A stretch of 64,000 bases of DNA from Macrostomum lignano (taxonomy: Eukaryota). The position numbers were made by a program, and so were the translations under genes. The notes under the pieces are model-generated. The model was not told the DNA's origin, made no database searches, and worked only from the letters and a program-made list of their open reading frames with translations. The stretch spans positions 1 through 64,000 of the forward strand of contig NIVC01001310.1 of the NCBI GenBank assembly GCA_002269645.1, written 5' to 3'. Positions 34,778-46,494 of this stretch are shown in pieces (the stretch's first letter is position 1; each line of letters starts with the position of its first letter).

Positions 34778-35293
34778 TTATTGAGCTTTCTTCTCTTTTC
34801 TGCTCTGATTGCGCTGGGCAGTAGAACCATCTGAATCGCTGGCGGGACTGCTGCCACTATTGTTAATATCATTGTTCGAAGCCGAAGAGGCGCCAAAATG
34901 CTTGCCCAGACCGACAAGCAGCCACAGCAGCAGGCCCATATAGCCGGCGGGCACCATGCAGCCGCGGTAGTCTTTCAGCATTATGTGCGTATAAACCGAT
35001 AGGCAGGTGAGCAACATTAAAAGTACAATAGCAGTCCGACGGGCTGGCGTAGTGCCAAACGATAGCATAGTGCCTAGTATGATCTCGGACACGCCTACGG
35101 TTTCCATGTAGTGCTTTTGTGTTGGCTGAAATCCCAGCGGAGCCAATGGAAACACGTCTGTAAAGTTTTTGTACAATTTCAGCATGTCCTTAGTGATTCG
35201 CTGATTAATGTACACAGTTTTCACAATGCCTGGCACAATAAATAGCAGGCCAATAATGCAGCAGGAGATTGTAGTTGATAGAGCAGATGCCAT
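34778..35293 (-). CDS. TMEM35/NACHO-family (DoxX-like) membrane protein, single coding exon, 171 aa
   Basis: MASALSTTISCCIIGLLFIVPGIVK...M.KLYK.F..VFPL...VGVSEIILG..L..G......A...L......VYTH resembles TMEM35; four hydrophobic segments; KKAQ tail. Confidence 0.75.
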   Translation of the reverse strand: MASALSTTISCCIIGLLFIVPGIVKTVYINQRITKDMLKLYKNFTDVFPLAPLGFQPTQKHYMETVGVSEIILGTMLSFGTTPARRTAIVLLMLLTCLSVYTHIMLKDYRGCMVPAGYMGLLLWLLVGLGKHFGASSASNNDINNSGSSPASDSDGSTAQRNQSRKEKKAQ

Positions 35294-37464
35294 GATTGAT
35301 TTTTCAATGGGTGAAGTAGCTAAGGCATGAATAATAATTAAAAGTACATTGTAGGCAGTCATAAATACAGATGAAGAAATTGCATTTTGTATTGACAAAT
35401 TCATTTTTAAAAACACAAAAAACAAAAATGGGAATTACAATGTATTTTTTATGAAAAAAATTAAGTTACCATACTTTTTTTAAATACACAGATTTTTTGT
35501 GATTTATGAATAAAGGCTTATTTAGGCCTATGATCTATATTCAGGGTGCTTGCACATTTTTATATATGAAAACAAGAAGAATATAGATATTAGAGCCTGA
35601 CTGGGATTCTGATCCCAATCTTAACTTGGTCAAGACATATTGGAGGTAATTTTTTTGGGGTGGGATTAATAAAAAAGTCTAATTGTTAATTATACCATAC
35701 AAAATTCTCCAAAAGCAGTGGAAAGGCAAAAATATACTTAACTATATTCATTTAACCTGCATATTGAATACCAGAAGGTGAGAGATTCTAATTAAAGACT
35801 CACTACTCACTTGTGCTTAATTTTATTGTGTACATTTATAGCTTGTAGGTATTATATAATTGGGTAGTACATATTCTTACTCATTTATTTAAAACAAATA
35901 TATAAGATATAGGTAAAAAGAATGAGAATAAACTAATACAGCAAGTTTTTCATCTGCATTTGCTGTCCAGAAAATAAAAAAATCAAGAGTTGAAAAAGCT
36001 AGATTTTACAAAGTTCATTAATTTTACCCACGCTGTTTACGCTGTTTACCCAAAACATTGGTGCCATTACTGGAGTTGCACAAAGAGCTGGCAATGAAAT
36101 CATTGTTTCATCTTGTTTGTATGCCAGTTTAAATAATAAAACAGAAGAAAAAACACTATCAATGCATATTTGTAAAAATTGCATATAACATTTTCTATTT
36201 TAAATGGAAGTTTACATGTATTTTGGCTCCAACTTTGAATTAATATTGTGTAAATATAGGAATACATATGAACAAGCAGTTTTCTATATAAAAAACTATG
36301 TGGCTAATATAATAGAAAGTATCATTTAAAAGTTCCATTGATGGTTTTTTAAAGGACAAAAACTCAAAAGCAAAATTTTGCTGGCCTTTTATAGGGGTAG
36401 GACTATATGAAAAAAAATTCCTATTTTTTTCAGTTTTTATAGTCAAATATATTTTTATTTCATTATATTTACTAACTTATGTTATTATATTCCTTTAATT
36501 TTGCAACAATTTTTAATTTTCTAGAAGCATATGTTTTTTTTCTATTTTTTGGATTCATTTTATCAATTAAGTATAAAATATATTAAGTTTGACCAAGTAT
36601 AACTTTTTTCATACTTGCACAATTTAAACAGTTAGACACTCACTAGAAAATAGCATTCTTTGGCTTTTTAGTTTATATTGTGGCTTTTTTATACTGTTTT
36701 TAGTTTACATTTTATTTATTTTTACAGTTGATAACTCATATTTTTTCAATTTTTCTCCCCTTGTATATAGCTCATAGGACTTGCAATTATAATTGAGGCC
36801 TAAGTAGGCCTAACATAAGCCTATACCCTAAGTAGGGATTGTTAAATCCTAGGCCCTAGTTTTTTTGCAATCTCTAGATCCCAGGATTTAATTCTAGAAT
36901 TGGGCCAGGATTAAAATCTTTTTTTGGTTTTATTTTTATTGTTATAGAGTTAATAATCAATTTGTAGATGAAAAACAACATTAGACCTATCTTGTGACCT
37001 ATTTAAGTAGTATAAAAGTACTAGGCCTAGGCCTAGTTAGTAGGGCTTAAGCTAATAAAGTCAAAGACTTATTGTACAGGGTCCCTCCCAATTCTTTTAC
37101 AAAATTAATAATTGTATAACTTATTTTAAATGTGTGCCAAATCTAGGAGAGCACATTTATTATAAACATATATTTTTTATAATATTTTATACAAACTAAT
37201 TTTTGTTTAAACTAGCAGCAAATTTTAGTATAAATAGAAGCATTTTTAGTGGAGGGGAGACCAATGTCATGTATTGCGATTCTTTAAGAAACTTGAAAGA
37301 AAGCCAATATCAATTAGTTAGACGAGTTCTAAATAAACATTATTAAAGATTGTTTTCCGAGTTATTCATTTACAGAAGAGAAGTGAAGTGGCAAAGAACA
37401 TTTCCTAAGCATATAGAGGTACTGGAGGCTATGACTCTCTAATCTCAGTAACATTTATGACTAG

Positions 37465-38195
37465 TAGGGGTCCCAAATCCCAGACATTTTACAATCCCGG
37501 GATCCCAGGCCAATCCCGGGATTGAACAAACAAATTTACAAGAAGCTTTCCCATTGTCCACAAAACAATTTCTCAACCAATTTGAGCATCATTTAGGTTT
37601 CTAATTTCTATTTCTAGCTTATACAAGTAGAACTGCATTGATAAAATAGTTGAAGTTACATGTAGTTGTTAGTTGTACATACATACTAAACTATACCCTC
37701 TCCCCTCAGATTAGGACCGTATACGCTGCGCTGGTGCCTCTCTCTCAAAAACACACAGAGACTCAGACTCACAGTCTAGTCCACACCCCACCTCCATTTT
37801 TCCCTTTCCCTTCCTTAGCTGCGCCTGCGCACTATGATGGGGCCCGGGCCAGTGGGCCCAATGTCCAGGCCATTGCCACTTACATAGTTAGAGTCTAGAC
37901 TAGAGTCAGACCCCTTAGTCTAGTGACTAGTAGGCCTATACTACTATACTGCTTGATACAGTTGATTGATAGTCCTACTGTCTTCATTCTATAACTTTAT
38001 TCTCAGGATGCAAAAATTCTCTCAAAACTGTTAAGTGCTAACTGCAAGATGAAAAATATTCACTTCTGCAAAATGTAAATTCCAATCCCATGTTTATTAG
38101 GATCCCGGACCCTGAATCCCAGGATCCTGAACACAAACAAAAAGCCGGGATCCCAAGGATCCCGAGATCTTGGGATCCCAGGATTGGGACCCCTA
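37465..38195. mobile_element. hAT-type MITE
   Basis: TIR TAGGGGTCCCAAATCCC...GGGATTGGGACCCCTA; 8-bp TSD ATGACTAG (37457-37464, 38196-38203). Confidence 0.88.
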
Positions 38196-41100
38196 ATGAC
38201 TAGACTAGAGATATAAAGTATATATACCAGTAGACCAATATATCATTTAGGCCAAATTACTAGTAGAACACTACTAGAACAATAGACAATAGTAAATGCT
38301 ATTAGAAAAACAGAAAAATACCACTTGTAAAGGCTAAATAGTGTTTTAAGAATAATTCATAAAACAAATACTTAGGCAAACTAACGCTTAGATAAATACT
38401 TAGACAGATACTACAATGAGATAGGCCTTATTAAGAAATATATTTAGACTTATTCCTAAGAAAAATTTATTAGACTTATTCTAAGGACGAAGGTTAATAA
38501 ACTTAATAATTTTTTAATAGAATAGCCTAGTCTTGGTGGCAGCTACCAACATTAGGACATTTAATATAGAAAGAAGTATAGCCCTAGGCCCCTAGCTAGG
38601 CCTAGTTAGTATAAGTCAGTAATAGCTTTAGGACAATTTATAGATAGGCCTAACCCTTCTAATATAACTATAGGGCCTAACTATCCTTGACCTTAGAATT
38701 ATTCGTAAGGACAAAAGTTAACCCCTTTGACATTATTAAAGAAGCAAATCAAATATTGAAATTTGTGAGCCCAATTATGTTTACATTATATTTTTTTATA
38801 AAAATATTAACAAAAATTTTCCCGGGATTTGGGCCCATCCCTAGCTGGGCTAGCCCTAAGGTCCTTTGACAAGGATGCTACTTTTAAATTAAAACGAAAG
38901 TAATGGAAGTCACATCTCGGCACATGAGCAAACGCAGAGAGTTCAAGCTATTTTTTTCTGTATCTACCAATATTAAGGCTAAAAAGCCTCACTCAGTACA
39001 GTGGCATCTTGTTTTATATATCCTTGATGACTTCTGGTAGAATATTTGCAAGATAATTAAAAATACTTTATCCCCCGTAGAGCCAGAATCAGTAGTAATG
39101 CAGTAATCCAGTTATTGCAGTAATCCAGTAATAGCAGTAATCCACTCAGCTTTGGGCCAGAAGTCATGCCCATGGCCATGGCCATGCTATAAGATAAGAT
39201 ACATAACGACGTAATATTTCGTCTGCTGCTTGAAAAATTCAATAGAAAGCCTCATTTAAATACTTTAGTTCATTAAAGCAAAGTTTCTTAGAAAACTTCA
39301 AACTAATAAGCGGCTTAAGTCGTCCTTGATCTAAAGCCCATCAAGGGATTTTTAGAAAAAAGACTGTAATAACAAACGATTTTTATATTCTGCTTTAGTC
39401 AAGTGCTTTGCAAAGCGGGCATCAATTGATTGAACTATACCCGCTGCATGATTAATTCGGCCGGCATATGTCGAGAAATTTTAACAATTACATGTACATG
39501 TACAATATCGTTTGCATTATATTTGTAAAGTACATCAGGTAGTGTACCGCGCATGGCGAAAAATTTAAGTCCTATAGCTGCACTGCGAGATCAGAGACAG
39601 TGGATTTTATTTCTAAATTCGAATTTGGCTCTTAATTGACATATCTACTTGTTATAACAACACTTTCGTTAGACATCTGCTGCAGCATATACTGTATATA
39701 CTACTGTACAAACAGTCAATGTTTCTTAGGGAAGGGATTTAATCTACCAGCTACATTTTAATCATATTTCCTGGTCCAAAGCTGTAAAACAAGATGCACT
39801 ACCACATACATGTAATCCACATCCGGTGCAGGAGGCATGCAGGGACTTAGTCAATATTTATACATACGGAGCTGGGCACCAGTTTTTGGGCGCGCTTTGT
39901 TAGGCAGTTTGTAAATGCACCAGAGCGCCATTTAATACATGTATGCGCCAGCACCGTAAAGATTCAATTAATACTACTAAGAAAAGTGGACCTGTAAGGA
40001 TTTGAATCATATAAAATCTCTCACATTATAAAAACCCCAAAAAATGTCACCAGAAAAGAAATTTCTGTGCACACTGAGATCGTGATGGGAGATCTCAGAC
40101 GAAGGCAAATTTTAGCCAGAAACCACACAGCCTCGTGGCTGCCTACGCGCGAGGTTCGATCAACCACTTTTATACAGTAAGGGGGCGGACTATGGGGGAG
40201 TTGGGGATAACTCTAGGAAACACCCTCAACAGTTCGATAAAAATTACCAAATTACCCAACAACATTAAAATCAAAAGAAAATTTGTCCACTTACGATGCT
40301 CTTTTGGCTTTTCTAACTTATTGTCCCAATATCAACAGCAATCTCTAAAAGGGTTCGCAAATTTAAGTAAAGTCTTGTCCCCTGCGCTCTTCGTGCTGGT
40401 GTTGTTTATCAATTCAAATGCTCTGCAGCATTTAAAGCTTGGTTGCTCTGCAGGTGAGTGTGCTCTAAGTACCCCTTCTCCGCTCTGAGGGCTGGCTTGC
40501 CCATAAAACACTATGTATTATGTACACATGTACTCTAAAGTACATGAACGTACTAATAAAAATCTAATAAAGTCCTTTTTGTTTACCATGAAATATTAAT
40601 CTGAATATCGCCTGAAAAATCAAATATCCACAACAAAAACTATAGTTTAGAACACGTCGAGCTATGTACCTTAGACAAAGCTGATGACGTTTACATTAAT
40701 ATAGCTTAGGTACATATAGTCCCTTGGTTGTTTTTTAAGCTTCGCCATATTATTCCGTTTGTGTCTCGCCGCAAGGGGTGCTGCAATTAGGTCAGTTTGA
40801 ATGGCCAGCACTTTGGGGGATACGAATTATAAATACTGCTGCATATATTAACATATGCAGCTAATACACACATGTACTACAAGTAAATGTACATAGGGGA
40901 GAAGCCAGGGGAGGGAGAAGGGGAACTGTGCCAAAATCAGATGACCCATAATCAGATGGCCTTCGCCCCCAAATCCCCGTTTGCGCCCTCAAATCCCCTG
41001 GCGGAGCCCCGAAGTCCTCATTGGCGCCCCCGCCCCCAATTATCGGAGATTTGGGCTTCCTGTTTGAATTGCGAATCGCTAAACACACTGCCACTGGCCA

Positions 41101-42443
41101 AAAATTCAAACAAATGGTAGAGTGGTCTGCGTCAGTAATTTAATCGAAGGGCGTGCTTGATTTAGATGTAGTGCATATATATTGGAAAGTAAGACTACAT
41201 ACATCTGCATAACTGCGAGCGTGCATGAATGTAACACATTGGAGTACATAATCATTTTATGATACATTTTTGCTTTAAAGCGGAATTTTTTGGAAATTTC
41301 AAGTTGCCTGTGACTCAACACGATTCGATCTAGCGATTTCAATTTTATTTTGTTTTACAGATATATTCCAAACAAGTTGTAAAGAAAAAATCCAATATAC
41401 TAAAAATGTGATGTCTATATATATATGTGAAAGATTAGAGAAAAATAAAATATCTAGACTAAAACTAAGATTACGATAAAAGGGGTTGGTCGTTCTGCTA
41501 AAATTCTTTGGCAGACGAAAAGGCGGCAGACGAAATGACCGCAGACCCCATATATATCTATGGTTCAATGCAACAATTCTTTCTTTGGCCCGGCCAAAGA
41601 AACAGCGGTCCGGGCCAGAGAAATCAACTCAACAACAGTATATTTATTATCAGAAAGTGATGTAATAAAACAACATTAACAATGCAATATCAGTTACCTG
41701 GAAGAAATTTTTTTACGATGCTGTATTTTGTCACTTCAATCATTCAATCATTCGAAATAGATGCTCACTTTGTTTGTACGAACAAACAAGCTACGCCTCG
41801 GCCAAGAAACGAGTTTTCAGCCAAGCGGTTTGGACCAAAGAAGTAAAGAAACGGAAAGAACTTATACTTCCATGCCAATATCAATCGAGAAAAACAGTAA
41901 AAAATAGATACGTAGATAATTATCGAGCAAGAATTATTCAGGGAATCAGTAGACACTAAGCCGAATGCTGGGTTTAATCTGAATTAGTTAATTACCTCCT
42001 GATAGTGGAATTTTCAACTTTCTACATACACAGGTACGCTCGGAGAAGCTAATTGTAATCCCTACGTCAAAGTACACATTCAGGTATTATCATCCCTCAT
42101 AGAAATCGCATTCTTATGGCTCGTTCACGCAGCCATCAAATTATTTGCAATTATGTGATGTTTAATTGAATGGTCATAAAAATATGAATGTAAAAATCCT
42201 GTTCGGCCACTTTTGACGGCGCTGTGAACGAGCCTTTAGCAAACACAAAAATCATGTGACAAAAGCTATGTTCTGGAATTTCAGAGTTACTTAAAATTAA
42301 GTGCTCTGCAATCATAAACCGATTTGCTTATTTCATTGAAATAGAAAAACGTTTGTATTGTCCAGCAACCGGCGTCAACTCACCTGCAACACTTAAGTCG
42401 GAGTTAATTTCATCGTTAACGCTTGGATACAGTCGTGCATGCG

Positions 42444-44216
42444 TCACTGCTCAGCTGAGCTTGTACTGCTCATCTCACTGCTGTCTGTCGATGAACTGCT
42501 AACCTGTGGTGCGATTTCTATGTTTTGTTGGTTGCTTTTAATACTTGTCTCTAGTGTAATCTGACGAGTCGAATGGAGGTCATCCTTCGGATCAGCTGAC
42601 AGAGAGTTTTCACCAGGCTGTTGAACAGCGCCTGATACACCGTCAGCATTTGGCGTCGAACCTTGTTGCTCACTTTCGTATTTGGGAATAATAGGATCAT
42701 CATCATTTTTTGAAGTTTCAGATGAAACATTGAGAGTCTTCTGTATAATTAGCTGCAGCTCAGTAGTTTCTTCCAGCTTAGTACCACGAGACGGATGGTT
42801 TGCTAGTTTGCACTGAATAACTTCGGCAAGCTCTTCTCTTGAAACCGCTTTTCCTCTAAGCGATTCCATCGCGGCCTTAGTCGACATCATCAGGTGTCCG
42901 ACGCGTTTGTCATCGAAAATGTACTCAGTCGTCTTGTATCCAGGTAGGCAGGCATAAATAGCAAAGTAACGACTTCTAGAAGAGCTAATGAAACAGCCAT
43001 CCAAGCTTTCGGCTTTGGAGTCAATAGTTTGGTTGCTGAACATCAAGCCTCTGCTGCATCTGGGGCTATGGGTGAGTGTTTGCCCTGGATTATCTCTCGC
43101 CCCTCGGCAAGCGTCCACAAATATGAGTTTCTCCTTATCGTACAACTTAAGAAAGAGGCTAGCCAGAAGTTTATCCAAAGGGGTGAAACAGGTGGATGGC
43201 GTCGATGACTCAATTTTTGGAGTCGAGGTCTCAACTCCTCGATGATCGCCGTGAGCCGTGACAAAAACCCAAATTTTCCCGACCGTGTTTTCCTCGATCA
43301 AATGCTTCTTTATAATTTCGCAGTTCTCATCAACATTTTTCTTCGCAGATTCCTCCGTCCAAGTGTCTTCGCGCGAAATCGATAGCCTTCTCTCCTTTTT
43401 AATGCGTAGTAAGGAGCAAATTTCTCTGAAGGCTTCTATATCGCCATTAGCTTCATTTCCACGAAGATTTATAAGCAATGTGAAGTCGTCGCTTAAGTCA
43501 TTCTTACCAGGTGATTCAGTTTTTGACTGACTTGACTGACTGACATCCTCAGTCTGCAGGGGATCCTGCAGACTTCTGCCATTGGGCAGTCCAACCTTGA
43601 GAGGGTCAACCTTCGATATGGCAATTTTCGAGGCATCATCCATAAGGCAAGTGCAAATTTCGCTAGCCGTCAGCGAAGCAGCATTGAACAAGCGTTTCAT
43701 TTCGCATCGTATTTCTTCTTCATCAGGACATGAATTCAGGTGGAATTTGTAAAGCGTGACACCTTTCAGTTCTGGCAACATCTTTTCTCCTTCACTTCGA
43801 AGATCACTGATTTCGATTTCAGTCGATTCTTTTTGATTGATAAAGTTGACAGTAAGGAAAAATACGTGGATATCAGGTCTTGTAGCATTGTCTTCAGTTA
43901 CCTTCCGTCGAAACGGAGCAAGAAGGTTGCACTCAAGAACGAGTTTATTTCCGAGGACGGGCAGCTCTCTATCTTCTCCACTTACCCAAAGCACAATAAA
44001 AAAGTACAGCTCCGACTCACTAGGCACATTGAGTGCAGCATCAATGCACTTTCGGTAATCCTCATATGACACGCAAGTCCGTATGTCGTCCGTGCCAATG
44101 ACACTGGCAGTGCCAGCTGCATTTTTACTCTTCTGGGCCTTCACAACCAGCCAAGTGCCGGGTTTGATTTCCGCCTCTTCAGTGGAATTTGTTAGGTAAG
44201 GCTCTCGATACTCCAT
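42444..44216 (-). CDS. Intronless caspase-fold (clan CD, C14) cysteine protease, paracaspase-like, 590 aa
   Basis: FVTAHG (His at 43251-43253) and KLIFVDACRG (Cys at 43107-43109); p10-like YFAIYACLPGYKTTE; long intact ORF. Confidence 0.82.
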   Translation of the reverse strand: MEYREPYLTNSTEEAEIKPGTWLVVKAQKSKNAAGTASVIGTDDIRTCVSYEDYRKCIDAALNVPSESELYFFIVLWVSGEDRELPVLGNKLVLECNLLAPFRRKVTEDNATRPDIHVFFLTVNFINQKESTEIEISDLRSEGEKMLPELKGVTLYKFHLNSCPDEEEIRCEMKRLFNAASLTASEICTCLMDDASKIAISKVDPLKVGLPNGRSLQDPLQTEDVSQSSQSKTESPGKNDLSDDFTLLINLRGNEANGDIEAFREICSLLRIKKERRLSISREDTWTEESAKKNVDENCEIIKKHLIEENTVGKIWVFVTAHGDHRGVETSTPKIESSTPSTCFTPLDKLLASLFLKLYDKEKLIFVDACRGARDNPGQTLTHSPRCSRGLMFSNQTIDSKAESLDGCFISSSRSRYFAIYACLPGYKTTEYIFDDKRVGHLMMSTKAAMESLRGKAVSREELAEVIQCKLANHPSRGTKLEETTELQLIIQKTLNVSSETSKNDDDPIIPKYESEQQGSTPNADGVSGAVQQPGENSLSADPKDDLHSTRQITLETSIKSNQQNIEIAPQVSSSSTDSSEMSSTSSAEQ

Positions 44217-44835
44217 GCTCTACAAGGGTATGACAGATCAGACCAGAATTTTTTGCAGGTCTCAGAATGCAAAAATAAAATGCCTCCGCGGCGCCGACTC
44301 ACTATAATACGCGCAGCTGTTGCCTGCCCAATTGTGAGTACATTGTGAGCACTACATAGCCTGTTCTTAAATGTACATTTGCTAGAATTATTATGCACAT
44401 GCAAAAAGAGCCAGAGAGAGAAAATGCCAGAGCATATTCCCAGGCTAGCCATGCAGTCCACTAAACAAAAAATACGTGGCTAGCCAGGTGGCTCCACCGT
44501 GGGTCCACCTTGGCTAGCCCTTGCACCCGTGGACTCGGGGAATCAAATGAGTGAGTCAGACAGTTTCCCACACTAAAAATAGCTTGTTGACGGGACCCAG
44601 CCAGCCAGAGAAGCAGACGCCAGAACTTGACTCGTATTGGTTGGCAAGATACATGGCACTAATTCAAAAAAAGAAAAAAAAAATTTTTGGCTCCATCGCG
44701 TGAGAACTAAATGCATTGACCTTGCCAGGGCGCTAATATGGGCGCCCAAAGGCTGAAATTGGCGCCGGTATATTAAAATCGGCGCCAAAAAGTAGCAAGC
44801 TGATATATGCTGCCACTTCTACGCCAGTTGGCACA

Positions 44836-45445
44836 TTCCAGCGCTGATTCGGCGATCCTGGCGCCAATTTGGGGATCCTGGCGCCAAATTTAGCTTCCGG
44901 CGCCAATTCGAGCTTTCCCGCGCCAATTTGAGCTCTCCAGCGCTAGTTTGAGCTTTCCAGGGCTAGTTTGGGTCCTCTCGAGCTGATTTCAGCATTCCAG
45001 CGCTGATTCGGCGATCCTGGCGCCAATTTGGGGATCCTGGCGCCAAATTTAGCTTCCGGCGCCAATTCGAGCTTTCCCGCGCCAATTTGAGCTCTCCAGC
45101 GCTAGTTTGAGCTTTCCAGGGCTAGTTTGGGTCCTCTCGAGCTGATTTCAGCATTCCAGCGCTGATTCGGCGATCCTGGCGCCAATTTGGGGATCCTGGC
45201 GCCAAATGTAGCTTCCGGCGCCAATTCGAGCTTTCTCGCGCCAATTTGAGCTCTCCAGCGCTAGTTTGAGCTTTCCAGGGCTAGTTTGGGTCGTCTCGAG
45301 CTGATTTCAGCATTCCAGCGCTGATTCCGCAATCCTGGCGCCAATTTGGGGATCCTGGCGCCAAATTTAGCTTCCGGCGCCAATTTTGGGGATCCTGGCG
45401 CCAATTTTGGGGATCCTGGCGCCAAATTTGGCCTTAGGCGCCAAT
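44836..45445. repeat. 159-bp tandem repeat (about 3.5 units) built from GGCGCCAAT subrepeats
   Basis: Unit starts at 44836, 44995, 45154, 45313. Confidence 0.93.
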
Positions 45446-46494
45446 TGAGACGAATACTGAGTCCACCAGTATTTTATGAACGAGAAAAGTTTTGCCAACA
45501 ATTTAAACAGTAAATTTGCTTTAAATTTGTGAAGAGTACGATAACTTCATGGCCTACAACGCGGCTTAGACCACCGGAAATATGGCTGTAATATAACAAA
45601 TATATAAATATATTCAAATATTTGAATATATAATGAAGACAAAAAAGAATAAATTATTCTTCTTAGACAGAGCAGCACTTGGTAAAATTATTTGGTTTTT
45701 TGTCTGCTAAAACATTTACCCAGCGCCTAGGTGCATGTAGATAAGTAGCTGCTGCAAAATTAAAGCCGTCTGTCTGTCTGTTGATCTGTCTGTATGTCTG
45801 TTAAAAGTCCTTTTGCAGTTTTTTACATGCAGTGTCTGGGTGTCTTGCGAAAAATGAGTGACAGACAGACTTATGTATTATTCTGGGAACTGTCCGTATG
45901 TGAATTACGAATTTGTATGTAATTCGAATTCTGTTCGCGGCTATATACGAAATCTTTTTCCTTTCATTCATTCATTCATTCATTGATAAGTAATGGGCAA
46001 ACGAAGGCCCTGCGCTTCAGCCCTGAGGGGGCTCTTACGCAATTGATGTATTTTGGTTTCCAATTAGTGCGATACTTTAGTATTTTAGTGATCGAGTTTA
46101 GAAAAATAAAACAGAGTAAATCAGTACAGTAGTAAAACTAAATAAAACTTTAAGAGTCAAATCAATTTAATTTAAAACCTTAAAACAAATGATAGAGTAA
46201 AATGTGAGAGGTCCAAAGAAGGGAGTGGATAAAACTAAAAACAAATAAGTAGAAAGTATGTACAGTGTAGAGATGCACAAAGGATTGGAGAGAATTTTTC
46301 AGATATTGGTGAATAAAGTTAAAGCTGGGCTGTATTTGTCTACTGTGAGTAGATAGAGCCTCCCTGAATGTATGACACCTTTACGAAAACAAAGGTTTAA
46401 GTATGGTGAGTTAAAGAAAATAGTAAATATCAAGGACCCTAGCCCCGTGAACGAGTAACTTTGTGCCTTTCATCGTCCTCATGAACGGCGTCGG

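Noticed and set aside
40330-40452. Signal-peptide-like stretch before a GTGAGT donor
   Set aside because: No in-frame ATG or downstream exon identified
44295-44306. CGACTCACTATA, the T7 promoter core
   Set aside because: Lacks the TAATA prefix and GGG start, with no vector context; chance match
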